DNA from: the human T2T-CHM13v2.0 reference genome, Homo sapiens
NCBI RefSeq assembly: GCF_009914755.1
Contig: NC_060936.1
DNA: 64,000 nucleotides
Strand: one strand, 5' to 3'
Shown here: piece after piece, positions 1-13,593 of the stretch
How positions within the stretch are numbered: the first letter of the stretch is position 1
How the letters are laid out: every line of letters starts with the position of its first letter
The notes under the pieces: model-generated
Databases searched by the model: none
What the model saw: the letters and a program-made list of their open reading frames with translations, nothing else
What the model was told of the DNA's origin: nothing
Translations under genes and position numbers: made by a program

Positions 1-694
1 TGTAGGAGATTCCGCCTCTACCAAATAACTAGGTAGGAATGTGTTTTAGTTATGTTGAGTTAGGCAACAATGAGGTAACAAAATCTCAGTGGTTTCACAT
101 AGCAAAGTCTGTTTTGGATCAGCAGCTCTCCAGGGCTACTGAATTCTCAGCAATACTCAGAGATCCAGTAGTCTTATATCTTGTCATTGTACCTTTTAAA
201 CAGGTGGCTTTCTGTTAACTATTTGGAAAGACAACCTGAGATTTGAAAGATAAATGATATTTAGAATTTTAAATAGTGTGATAAACATTTTTACTGTGTC
301 TGTTCTATTTACTGTATCTGTATTTGCTGTATCAGCAAATAATTTTTCTGCAACTATACCTTCTTAATGAAACAAAGACATGAGAGATATGGAAACATTA
401 ATGAGTTAATCCAGAGGTTGTGAGACTCTTTAAAGTTAGGTCCTCAAATGTAAGTTTCCTGGATTCTGTGTAATACAAAACCATTATTTTTCACGATGGC
501 TTAGAAACATTATGTTGAATAAGTGGGAGATCTATGCAAATACAGACGTATTTCACTGGACAATGTGAAAATGAACAGACCTTGAATGAAATTTGATACG
601 CCATTGTTTACTAACAACATTCTAAAATACTCAATCTGATCCATTGTAAGGTTTATTCCTTACATGTACCTTCCTTAGAATATGATAGTGGAAG

Positions 695-697
<3 letters not shown>

Positions 698-742
<45 letters not shown>
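698..742. repeat. (TA)n microsatellite
   Basis: Uninterrupted TA run of about 45 bp. Confidence 0.97.
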
Positions 743-746
<4 letters not shown>

Positions 747-1469
747 TTTCACTTGGAAGTATGCAAAGAAAATAGAAGTTAGTTAGTTATTTTGAATGTC
801 ATGTTCTGCATTCACTGCCATAATAATAATCATTCTAGTAGGTTTTCCATAAAACTTGGTAAATGCCGAAGTTTTTTTTTTTTTTTTTTAAACTGGTATC
901 AGATCATCATCTCACTTCATTTGGCTGCTGTGAGTGTGTTAAGTATGCCAAGTATTTTTAATCACAAGTCCAAGCCTGCAAGATTTCAAACTTGGTATTC
1001 ATTTGTCTTTATAAACATTAATCTGGTATTTACAGGGAAAAAAATCAATGACTTTTTTCTGCAATGATTGATTCTCTTCTAAATAAGAAGCTATAAAGTA
1101 CTAAAATTCAATTAATAACATTAAGCTTCAATATGTATATTATACAATAAGTGAATTCCTTGATTAAATATTTATTACATAGCGATTTTCTTTATAATAA
1201 GCAGAAATATGTTCAAAAAGCAACACAAATTTTGTTGTATAAGCAGATAATTTTTAGGGTGATTTTCTTCCTACCTATTATTTGTATTAAGGTTAAATAT
1301 ATACAACATGTACTACTGTTTCACAGGATGGACTCAATATTACATTCACAAAGAACCAATTACCTCAGATCCGAATCTGTGTCTGTATTAGTCCATGTTC
1401 AAATCTTTTAAATCTATATTAAAACGATTATTTTTCTAACTTCTTCATTAGAGAAAGCCTTTATATTGG

Positions 1470-2520
1470 TAAAATAGCAAGTGACAGAAAACCAATTCAA
1501 ACTGGAGTAAATAAAATAAAGGACGAAGAAAGGAAGAGAGGGAAAAAGTAAGGCAGGGAGGGAGGCAGAGAGGGAGGCAAAGAAAGAGAGAGAGGAGAGA
1601 AGAAGGAAGGGAGAGAGAGCACTACTTGGCCAATAATTACGTTGTCTAGGAGTAGATTTTTGCCCTTCAGGCATAGTTGGTGTATGTGTCCTAATTTCTG
1701 TTTTTCCAGAGAAAGAGAACAAGTAGGCACACACACACACACACACACACATATGTTTATGAAAAATAAGAATTGACTGATGCAATTATGGGAGCTGACG
1801 AATTCAGGAAAGCTGGTGGTGTAATTCAGTCTGAGTACAAATGCATAGAGGTGGTAGGGCATTGTTGTAAGCATTGGTCCAAGCCCAAAGGTGAAAAATC
1901 AGGAGCGCCAATGTCTAAGGGCAGGAGAAGGTGAATGCTCCATCTCAAACAGAGAGAACACATTTTCCCTTCCTCTGCCTTTTTTTTGTTCTATGCAGGC
2001 CCCCAAAGGATTGGATAGTGCTTACCCGCATCGGTGAGGATGATCTTTTTCACTCACCGTACAGATTCAAATGTTAATCTCTTTGGAATCATCCTCACAG
2101 ACACACCCAGAAATAATATTTTACCAACTATCTGGGCAACCCAGTCCAGTTGGCACATAAAATTAACCATCACAGTTTAATTCAGATGTTCAGATATCAG
2201 GTTGGTCTGTCTCTCTGTCTGTCTCTCTCTCTCTCTCTCCTCCCCTCATTGCTATTGCTGTCTATCTAACTAGCTAGCTATTGATCTATATTTCTCTATC
2301 ATCTTGGCACTACTTGCAAGATAAACAATGGTGACACAATACCTACTTTATCTTTAAAACTTGAATCTCAATTTAAGAAAAATAAAGTCAAGAAATAAGT
2401 CCACAGGAAGTTCTGATTGGCTCATCTTAGATCATATGTCCAAACAAATCTATGACTGCAACATGAAACTTGGGATCCTCTGATTGGCCAGAGTCAGTAT
2501 CACTCATTCCTGTTACTAGG
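1470..2520 (-). mobile_element. Old MaLR LTR (MLT1J-L-like), fragmented and interrupted by an MLT2 LTR
   Basis: GCAAGTGACAGAAAACCAATTCAAACTGG near 1477 and two TCTGATTGG(C) motifs near 2412 and 2479 are typical of old MLT1 LTRs. Confidence 0.5.
1690..2174 (-). mobile_element. MLT2B-like ERVL solo LTR with an internal (CA)n
   Basis: AGGAAAGCTGGTGGTGTAATTCAGTCTGAG; terminal ACACACCCAGAAATAAT...CACATAAAATTAACCATCACA. Confidence 0.85.
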
Positions 2521-2574
2521 TTTAACAGAAAAGTGGGAGTGAAGGAAACATGTCTTAAAAGAGAAAAAAATAAG

Positions 2575-2760
2575 TAACATTAACATTTACTTAATGTCGG
2601 ACATATTTCTTAGTATAATCTCAAGTATTAAATAATACAATAAGCCCAATACATAAGTACTATTTTGTTTCACTTTTATAGATGAGGAAATCAAGGGATA
2701 GAGTAATGAGGACCAAAGCCAAGACATAATTCATGTGATGTGACCTTATTATACTGCCAT
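2575..2760 (-). mobile_element. MIR remnant
   Basis: MIR core TTTTATAGATGAGGAAATCAAGG, preceded by TAACATTTACT. Confidence 0.6.
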
Positions 2761-2763
2761 TTA

Positions 2764-3207
<444 letters not shown>

Positions 3208-3354
3208 CTAGAACTTAGATCTCCTACTATTGTCACCTATATTTCTTCTCTCCAAGGTATTGCATGTATTAACTTCATACTTTTCCAATATATCCATAAG
3301 ATAAAATATTTTACTCTCCTGATTTTAATCATAAAAATTACATGGGGAAAAAAA

Positions 3355-4582
3355 CTCACAAAACCTTTATGATGACTTTGACGGGTTCAGTACTTCAGTG
3401 GAGGAAGTACCTACAGAAATGGTGGAAATAGCAAGAGAGCTAGAATTAGAAATGGAGGTTGAAGATGTGACTGAATTGCTGCAATCTCATGATAAAACTG
3501 TAATGGTTTCTTATATGGTACAGACGCTCTTTAGTTTATTTAGGTCGCATCTGTCAGTTTTTGTTTTTGCTGCAATTGCTTTCAGCTATCACCATGGAAT
3601 ACTACACAGTCATAAAAAGAACAAAATCACATCCTTTGCAGCAAGATGGTTGGAGCTGGAGGCCATATCCTAAGCAAATTAAAACAGGAAAAGAAAACCA
3701 AATATCACATGTTCTCACTTGCAAGTGGGAGCTAAAAATCAAGAAAATGTGGAAAAAAAAGAAAAGAACAACAGATGCCAGGGCCTACTGGAGGGTGAAG
3801 CGCGGGACGAGGGTGAGGATAAAAAATTACCTATCAAGTACTAGGCTTATTACCCGGGTGATGAAATAATCTGTACACTAAATGCCCGTGGTATGCAATT
3901 TACCTATATAACAAACCTGGACATGTACCCCTGAACCTAAAATAAAAGTTAAAAAAAAAAAAAAAACTTGAATGGATGAGGAGTTGCCTCTTATGGATGA
4001 GCAAAGCAAGTGGAGTCTTGAGATTCAATCTCCTGGTGAAGTTGCTATGCAATGCTGAAATGTCAACCATGCATTTAGAATATTACATAAATTCAGTTTA
4101 TAAAGCAGAGTCAGGATTTGAAAAGATCAACTCCAACTTTAAAAGTTCTACTGTAAATAAAATGCTGTAAAACAGCATTGCATGGCTACCGAGGACTCTT
4201 TCGTGAATGGAAGAGTCAATTGATGTGGCAAACTTCATTGTATTATTTTAAGAAATTACCACAACCACCCCAACCTTCAGCCAGCACCACCCTGCTCAGT
4301 CGGCAGCCAGTAACATGGAGGCAAGACTCTCCACTAGCAAAAGGGTTGCAACACGATGAAGGTTCAGGTGATTGTTAGCATTTTTTTTTTTAGCAATAGT
4401 GTATTTTTAAACTAAGGTATGTACACTTTTTAGACATTTGCTATCACACACTTAATGAACTACAGTACACAGTGTAAACATAACTTTTACGTGTACTGGA
4501 AAACCAAAAACTTTGGTTTTTTATGCTTTGTTTTGTTCAGGTGGTCTGGAACCAAACCGAAAACATCTCTTTGGTATGCTTG
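3355..4582 (+). mobile_element. Tigger1 3' part (pogo-like DNA transposon), split by an L1 insertion
   Basis: Transposase peptide VEIARELELEMEVEDVTELLQSHDKT resumes at GAATGGATGAGGAG (about 3970); ends in the terminal repeat ...GGTATGCTTG followed by TA. Confidence 0.93.
3507..3962 (+). mobile_element. 5'-truncated, 5'-inverted L1 (L1PA13-16-type 3' end)
   Basis: Antisense ORF2 piece 3507-3582, then sense ORF2 end, 3'UTR, AATAAA and poly(A); TSD AAAACTGTAATGG/AAAACTTGAATGG. Confidence 0.92.
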
Positions 4583-4588
4583 TATTTA

Positions 4589-4589
4589 C

Positions 4590-4643
<54 letters not shown>
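4589..4643. repeat. (TA)n(CA)n compound microsatellite
   Basis: Read directly from the sequence. Confidence 0.95.
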
Positions 4644-4647
<4 letters not shown>

Positions 4648-4756
4648 TACATGTACACATATTTATATATTTTATATACATATCAATTTTTCCATAAAAT
4701 AAATATAACTGATAGATATGTTATAAATATATGTATGCATATGTAATACTAGTAAC

Positions 4757-4942
4757 AATAGTTAACGTTTATTTAATGCTTACCCAATGCCCTAGGTTCT
4801 ATTTTAAGCTAGTTACATGCATAATTTCATTAACTTTCCCAATAACTTTGTAAGTTATATAGTATTATTATATCAATACCACATACTAAGTAATTGCTTA
4901 CATTCACATAGCTCATATGTAGTGAAACCAGGATTTGAACTT
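4757..4942 (-). mobile_element. MIR
   Basis: AACGTTTATTTAATGCTTAC...CCAGGATTTGAAC. Confidence 0.7.
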
Positions 4943-6349
4943 AACAAAAGAGAGAAAACAGGTAAGTTTAACAAACAATGGTCAAAAGAAAAAAAAAAAA
5001 ACAGAAAAAAATTGGTGTAAATAAGCTATTCACCATCAAAATATATATTTAAAATTTTTTAAAAATTGCAAAATGAGACATAAGGAAAAGATTTTTATAT
5101 GTGTTCTTAAGAATCAGCCATAGATGTCACCTTGTAATTAATTCATAATGGTAAACTCGGTGGTTAGATCTAATAACTGTTGTGTTTCCCATTTCAGCAC
5201 AAATGCAAGTGTTGAATATTAAATCAAAGGAAAACATTATCCGGCTAAATACCATGCCTTCTATTTTTAGCATGTAAACAGATTTCTTCTGCATAATGTT
5301 AAAATGAACACAAGTTTCTTGCTTCTCTTATTTGAAGAACATAATTTTAGACAGTCTGATTTCCTTTTTTACCATTGTATGAAAAAATAAATTAATTGTT
5401 TGAAAAGCTCCTCTTCAGTGGAGTTCTCAAAATACATAAACACACGCATACACACACATTGCCATTATGAAGGAGTGTATAATATTGAAAATCTATTTGC
5501 ATTTATATTATAGGGAAAGGCTAACAATAAAATAAAGTATATCATTCATGAAAATTTCTAAAACACTGATGATGTAGATAGCACTCAAGTAGTTATACAA
5601 GTAGTAAAATCCATTGGTTAGTTATTTAAGTATGCTACACACATTTTATGAGGCTTAATGATATGAAATACGCTTAAAATTTGAATTTACATGTATTACT
5701 TAGCAATTGATTTCTTAAAATGTTAAGAAAATCAAAGAAAGATTTAAAGAACACCAATATTTATTTTAAACTAAAAATGGACAGATTTTCAAACAATTTG
5801 TTACCATCAAACAGTATATCAGCTAGAATTAATTTTACTGTGTATGTTAGAAAATTCAAAATAAAAGTGCCTTTTTAAAAGACACAGAGAGCACACTAAC
5901 CATAAAGGAAAATTGGTAAATTGAACACTAACAACATTTTAAAACTTCTGCTTATTAAAATCCATTAAGAGAATAAGCAGAGGAATTACAGACTGGGGGA
6001 AAATTTTTTAATACCTTTATTTGACATATTACTCACATCCAGAATATAGATATATATTTTTTGACCATTTAAAAATTGAATTGTCTGTCTTTAAAAAATA
6101 TTAAGAACAAAATTCTAATTTTTTAAATGGGCAAAAAATATGAGCAGACACTTCAGACAAGAACATACACAAAAGGCCAATACACATGGAAAGTGTTCAA
6201 CATTATTAGATATAAGTTATATGTAAATCAAAACCACTAAAGATACCAGTATACTTCCACTAATGCAGTTAAAATTAAAGGTATTAACAATATCAAATGT
6301 TGGAAAGCCACCAGAACCCCCCCAACATTGCTGGTGAAATGAAAAATAG

Positions 6350-7168
<819 letters not shown>

Positions 7169-7419
7169 AGAAATCAGTAAGCCAGATGGGGAAAATCACT
7201 GGGAAGGGACAAGAGGAAACGTTCTTGGTTGATGGAAATGCTCTGTATCTTGATAGTGGTATAGGTTACCTGAGTGTATAAATGTGTCAAAACTGATCAC
7301 ACTGTACACATAGGATCACTGAATTTCATTGCATATACATTATATCTTAATATACAAAAAATTAAACAGATTTCTCTTCCCTCCCTTTCTTATATAACAG
7401 GATTCAAAGAAAACATAAT

Positions 7420-7852
7420 GCAGAAATTTGCTTTCTCCAGGAAGCCGATTCTAAGACAGAGTTTAGTGTACAAAGTGTTTATTTGGGATCTACACCGGTG
7501 GAAGGGAAAAGGAAGAAGCAGAATTGAACAACAGGAGAATCTGAATGTAGTGCAGGCTCAACAGTATCATCTGACCCCACAGGGACCTCTCACGCTGAAA
7601 TGTCCTATCAGTATTGTCCCCCATTGAGTCTAAGTAGTCAAACTTTTGTATCTCTACTCCAATAAGCCATGGGATGTGGGATACTCCCAGAGAAGTGTGG
7701 CCTTAGATGAGCTGACTCTATAACTGAAGCAGTCTCTAAAAGGGCCAACAGCTGACCGCATCTACTGACAGCATTCTCAGCACCTGGGACAAGAAGTCCT
7801 TTATTAAAGAGGGATCTGGAAGGCACATCTAGGCATACCCATGTCCAGCACA
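7420..7852 (-). mobile_element. LTR16-family ERVL LTR
   Basis: AGACAGAGTTTAGTGTACAAAGTGTTTATT...AAGAAGTCCTTTATTAAAGAGGGATCTGG; adjoins ERVL internal sequence. Confidence 0.7.
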
Positions 7853-7854
7853 GT

Positions 7855-8030
7855 TAGGATTGCCATTTTTAGCAAATAAAAATTTAATATACCTAGTAAA
7901 ATTTGAATTTCAGATACACTTTTGTATTGTAAGTATGAACATTTCTTATGCAATACTTATACCAAAAATTATTTGTTGATTATCTGAAATTTAAATTTAA
8001 TGTAGTATTCTGTATTTTATCCATCAACCC
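7855..8030. mobile_element. MER53 (hAT-family palindromic MITE)
   Basis: TAGGATTGCC...AAATTTGAATTTCAGATA...TATCTGAAATTTAAATTT...CAACCC, a long imperfect inverted repeat. Confidence 0.85.
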
Positions 8031-8034
8031 AAAA

Positions 8035-9930
8035 CACAACCAACTCTTGTGTTCTCATATCAACTTATATATATTTGGGAGTAACTCCTCCAGGATTTCA
8101 AGTGGTCTCTCTTCCTGAGGAGAATATATAAGGGGAAGATAGTGGGAAGAACTACACATTACACCACCGATGCTGGTCTCATGACAGCAACCTCCCTCCC
8201 ATCACCATCTGTTCTAGATTCCCCTTACCTTCATTAAGTATCTCTGCAAATCTAATTAGTTTATATGGTGGCACAATCCAGACCTGACCCTCATCCAGAG
8301 AGGCATGAGACCCTAGTCATCAAAGTCCTTTTCAGTTTGGGGATGCTGAACTTGTCCATTTACCATTACAGCAGTCAAGAGAGTAACGAGAGGCACCTAA
8401 CTGGACCACATGGCTGTCAAACATGTTCTTTGCCATGCTGGTATGCCATAATGGTAGCCTTAACTCTTCTTGATAATCAGAGTCAATAACCCCTAAAAGA
8501 TAATAACTCCTCTTCTTGCCTGCTAGTCCTGAATACAAAACTTGCCAAATAGCAGCCTTATCTTAAATTTTAATGCTTCTCTTGCTGTGGTCCCTGGTGA
8601 GTGTTCCCTCCTTAAAGACCAGGACCCATAATAATATAGAACTCATAGTTGTGGGTGTAGGAAGCATAAATCTCTCAAACAGGTCATTGGGAATTAGGTA
8701 AGTATAGACGGTGCCAGATAAAGATCTTTGATTTATGGCATGTACTTTCCTGGAAGATGGTATCCCATCTTCAAAAGGTATCACCTCTGAGCTGCTGCTT
8801 CTCTGAAATGCTCAGGTTTGTGTAGTATGTGATCAAACTAGTGGATCCCATGGTTATGGTCATTTTTTGCAATAAAATGGTGCCGTTGGTCTGATACAAT
8901 GTTATGTGGGATCCTATGTCAGAAGCCAAATACTCCATAAACTCTCAGTTAGTGGTGTTGGTTAAGGCATGAAAATTATACTCATTTTTTTTTATTCATG
9001 TGTTCATGGTATAGCACTGGAATTAACCAATAACCACGGCTTGTACCAACTGGCCAAGTCATTTTACCTACTTGGTGTTCACTTGTTTAATGTCCCATCC
9101 ATAGTAGATGGTCTCTTACAGGGATAACATGTGATATAAAGATCTTTACTTTTTTTCCAACTCCCATATAACCATAGTTATGCCTCTACTACATTCCTTT
9201 TTTGTCTCTGATTTTCCTGTCTCCTTTCAGGCCCTGACCAACTGGCCAGACCATTTTCCATTTCCCATGGATCTATAGATATTCTTATCTTGGGCTACAC
9301 TAATGTGCACTGTACAAAGCTCTGACAATTCAGATTTTTTTCTTGCAACTGCTTTTCAAAGCCACCCTGAATGAGACTATTGTACAGTTATCTATTTCTT
9401 TTCTAGAACCCAAGATACTAAGTCAACCTATATAGAAACCATGCTCAGGAATGGTTTTTTTCTTCTCTATCAGTTGCTTACAAAGGATCCCCATAAACTC
9501 CATAGGTATGAGCTGGGGAAAAGGATTAGACAACAGTGGTAGATAAAGCGGAGTTCTGAACTACCTTCTCTTACAGCTTGTTCATGTCATCTGGTCCTGC
9601 TCATAGCCCTTCCATCTTCTGATATATTGGAAATAGTCTTGCCTGACTTTATGACTTATTAGATTTCATATGTCTCATGATGGACAATTCTAGATAACAG
9701 TCATTTGTTGTCTTATGGTCAGACACTCTACTTGTACCAGGGCTCATACACATTTTAGAAATTTATCTTTCAAAGGCATATAATTATCCACTGCAGGTGG
9801 CATGACCTTCTTCTAGAACTCTAGGAATCTGTATCATGTTTCTCCAACTAGAGCTTCCCATAGGTTTGACAGGACATCTTTCCTCAGCATTCATGTTCTT
9901 AATATCATAGAGCCTGATTGTTATATGTGT
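8035..9930 (-). mobile_element. Degraded ERVL internal region (ERV3-16A3_I-like) with dUTPase/pol remnants
   Basis: Minus-strand peptide GVIDSDYQEELRLPLWH resembles the dUTPase motif G-x-I-D-x-D-Y-x-G-E; many stops and frameshifts. Confidence 0.75.
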
Positions 9931-10435
9931 TCTTGCTGTCTTATTTCTTCACATTAGTTCCTCTTGTTTAAGTTGAATTGTGCTAGGAATTATATTTGAA
10001 AAATTGTCGGTAGAAATAATTTGGATCCTAAAATCTTTCTTTCTCCAGGCAAGATTTAAGTATACTATTTCTAGTCTCCTATGGCACAGGCACAATGGGA
10101 TTACCTTAAGGCATCTTCAGAGACTAAGATAATTCAATATAAGCTGCACTTCCTGAAAGACCTCTTTGTTTCTACTTTATCCTTATATGTACAGTTAAAG
10201 CCCTAAGAATTTCTAATGTGTATGTAAGTATGCCCAGGACTCTAATATATATCTCAATCTCTCTGTAAAGTTGCTAAAAGCTCCACTAGCACCTCTAACA
10301 CCCCACATATCATAGTACATACTTAATATGCATTTATTAAGTGAGTAAATGCATGAATGACTGAATGGTGGACATTAAAGTACTAATAGTGATAACTGTA
10401 ATTGATAAGCATCACTGACCCACAAGGCAACAAAT

Positions 10436-10474
<39 letters not shown>
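10436..10474. repeat. (TG)n microsatellite
   Basis: Read directly from the sequence. Confidence 0.95.
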
Positions 10475-10477
<3 letters not shown>

Positions 10478-10809
10478 GTTACATGAATTGTAGAACTATA
10501 ACAGTTTTCTCTGGGATATTCATTTTCTGAATAACCCCTGCTTAGTCCTTGTTACGTCCAAAGGCACAAGCCTCTTATACCATAAAACAAATTCACATTT
10601 CAGTATGAGATCTTAATAGTAAAAGAATAAAAATAATACCCATTGGAATATTTGTATAATTATCTGTAAATATTGATTTTCACCACTGTAAACATTCACT
10701 GCAAACATGAATACACCAAAAAAAGTGACATTATGTTTTTATCTCAAAATAAGAAATGATTGAGGGAAGCTTTAATGTACTTCAGAGAAAATACTATTAA
10801 CACTTTTTA

Positions 10810-11822
10810 TCTATTTCTTTATTTTAAATATTTCCATCTTTTATTTTAGATTCAGAAGGGATATGTACAGGTTTGTTACTTAGGTATATTGTGTGATGCT
10901 GAGGTTTGGGGCATAAATGGTCCCATCACCTAGGTAGTGAGAATAGTGCCCAGTAGATAGTTTTTCAGCCCATACCGCCCTCCCTCCCTGCTCTAGTAGT
11001 TCCCAGTGTCTATTGTTCCCCTTTTTGTGTCCGTGTGTACTCAATGTTTAGCTCACACTCATAAGAACATGCAGTACTTGGTTTTCTGTCACTGTGCTAA
11101 TTTGCTTAGGATTATAGCCTCCGAATACATCCACGTTGCTACAAAGGACATGATTTTGTTCTTTTTTAAGGCTACATAGTATTCCATGGTGTATATGTAC
11201 CACATTTTCTTTATCCAATCCACTGCCAGTGGGCACCTAAGTTGATTCCATGTCTTTTCTATTATGAAAAATGCTGTGGTGAACATGTGAGTGCATGCGT
11301 CTTTTTGGTAGAATGATTTATTTTCTTTTGGTTTACACCCAGTAACAGGATTGCTGGGTCGAATGGTAGTTCTGTTTTTAGTTCTTTGAGATATCTTCAA
11401 ACTGCTTTCCACAGTGGCGGAACTAATGTACATTCCTACTAACAGTGTATGAGTGTTCCATCGCCAGCATCTGTTATTTTTTGACTTTTTAATAACAGCT
11501 ATTCTGACTGATATGAGTGGGTATCTCATTATGGCTTTGATTTGCATTTCTCTGATGATTAGTGACAATGAGCATTTTTTCATATGTTTATTTGTCACTT
11601 TTATGTTTCTTTTGAAAACTGTCCATGTCCTTTGCCCATTTTACAATGGGGTTATTTGCTTTTTGCTTCTTGATCTGTTTAAGTTCCTTATAGATTCTGG
11701 ATATTAGATCTTTGTTAGAAGTGTAGTTTGTGAATATTTTCTCGCATTTTGTAGGTTGTCTGTTTTCTCTGTTGATGATTTATTTTGTTGTGTAGAAGCT
11801 CTTTACTCAGGTACCACTCGTC
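10810..11822 (-). mobile_element. Outer L1 (L1PA15/16-L1PB-type), non-inverted 3' portion
   Basis: Reverse-strand L1 3'UTR and ORF2 C-terminus ([17 protein letters not shown]...WIKKMWYIYTMEYY). Confidence 0.93.
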
Positions 11823-11825
11823 ACC

Positions 11826-11935
11826 ATTTCATGCTCACGGATTGGAAGAATCAATATCATTAAAATGGCCATACTGCTATTCAATACTATTCCTATCAAA
11901 TGACCAATGTTATTTTTCACAGAATTAGAAAAAAT
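11826..11935 (+). mobile_element. Outer L1, inverted 5' segment, part 1
   Basis: CATGCTCACGGATTGGAAGAATCAATATC...CACAGAATTAGAAAAAA. Confidence 0.88.
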
Positions 11936-13593
11936 GGGCAAGATGACCAACTAGATGCAGCCAGGAGGAACATCAGCCACCAAAGGAACAGGACATGGAA
12001 CACACTGACACACTTCTTGCAGATCTTCAGAAGGAAGGCATTGAGATTGGATGGAAGGAAGACATAGATGCTGGGCTGAGGAGGGAGAAAGTTAATAACC
12101 CTGTTCAGGGCTACCACATACAAGGATTTATTCTTGGCCCCCAACAACTCATATGAAAGGGGAGAGTGGAGCAACCAGCTCTTGCCATGGGCCTCTGAAA
12201 TTCCAGCCAAGAGGAGGCCCCATGACTGCCGTGGACACTTGAGTTGTCTGGCAAAGCTGCTTAGAGAAGTGGTAGAAGCAGAACTCCAGCCAGTGCAGAG
12301 CTCAGAGGGTTTTGTGCGGGAGCATCTTTAGTGGTGTATGGCCAGGGACACCCATTTCCCTAGGGTCAACTTGCTCCCATAGGAGACTTTGTCTTTAGGG
12401 GAAATATCAGAGCTGAACCCTGCAAAGTAATCTTGCGCATGAGATAGGGTCAGTCAGATCCTGAGCACGCTTCAGTCTGCTGGCCTCTCCCAGGGCCCCA
12501 GCCTGGCAGTGCCTGTTTGCAGTGCAGCCTTGGGTGCCTGGCGGGGACAGGGTAGGTAGCTCCTGGGAGCCTGCATCATAGCTCCTGCACTGGCAGACAG
12601 CACCTTACCAGAGCACTCCAGCAGAGCTGTCCCCTCCCCCACTACAGCCTCACCCATGCCGCTTTACCTGCATGCCTTTACCCACTGCCACCCCTGATAT
12701 TGCTTTACCTCCTGGTGTGTTCATGGGAGGACCTTGTTTTGTCCTTTCCTATCAGCAGGCATGTGCACATGCACCCTTCCATGCCACTGGAGTCTGTGTG
12801 AGTGCACCCTTCTCCCTGTCCCACTGCTGCATCACCATTGCTGTCCAAGCGTTGGTGGGCACAGAGCTCACCAGCTCTGCCCCTGCCAGCATTCTGCCCC
12901 TGCACCAACACTGCCACCAGCATGAAACTAGGTATGAAAAGCAATGAACCTGCCCCCACCCTGAGCAGCCACTGCCACCCACATGAATGCACACAGAGGA
13001 AACACAAAGTCCTCCACTCACTAGTGCCCCACCCACATGCTATCACAAACACTGGCTCAAATGTGTGCCTAGTCAATGATGGAGGCCCCTGTCCACTCCT
13101 GCTCCACAACCATGCTGCCACCACCACTGCTACAAATGCTGGCATGGAAACTGGCACTTAGGCACCTGCTAACATCCTGCTGCAGCCAACAAGCATGCAC
13201 CCTGCCATGCTGCCACCACTGCTGGCATGTGCCAACTAGGATTGATTCCACTGCCACCACCCTATGAAGGGCTTTTGCTGGCACCACCCATTGGAGTGTT
13301 TTGACCAGCAGCTCAGGAGTACCTCAGCTCCTCCAGTGCAGCAAGTACCTAACCTTGAGGAGCCAAAGAAAAAAGCTGGGGCCAATATCAGTCCCCAAGC
13401 ATTACAGCACACAGTCCAGTAGTAGTGCTGAGCTGAGCCTTGTCCCCCTAAAATCTTCCAGAAGCGAATTCAATCAGCTGAACCCATCTTTTATCACAAT
13501 CAAATCCCCAAGGTCATCAAATAGGATAAAGGAAAAATAAATTCATCCCAAAAATAGCAACCTCAAAGATTAAAGGAACATAAGCCCACAAAG

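Noticed and set aside
1414-1874. 123-aa and 125-aa hydrophobic ORFs (also 62349-62573)
   Set aside because: Translations of purine/pyrimidine tracts, (CA)n and LTR sequence.
11089-11598. 169-aa ORF (and 58441-58872, 143 aa)
   Set aside because: Frameshifted L1 ORF2 C-terminal remnants; the second is a chance fusion across an inversion junction.
12472-13287. Dense overlapping ORFs on both strands and recurring CCACTGC/TGCCACC motifs
   Set aside because: These lie in the GC-rich, internally repetitive 5'UTR of the full-length L1, where stop codons are scarce by composition.
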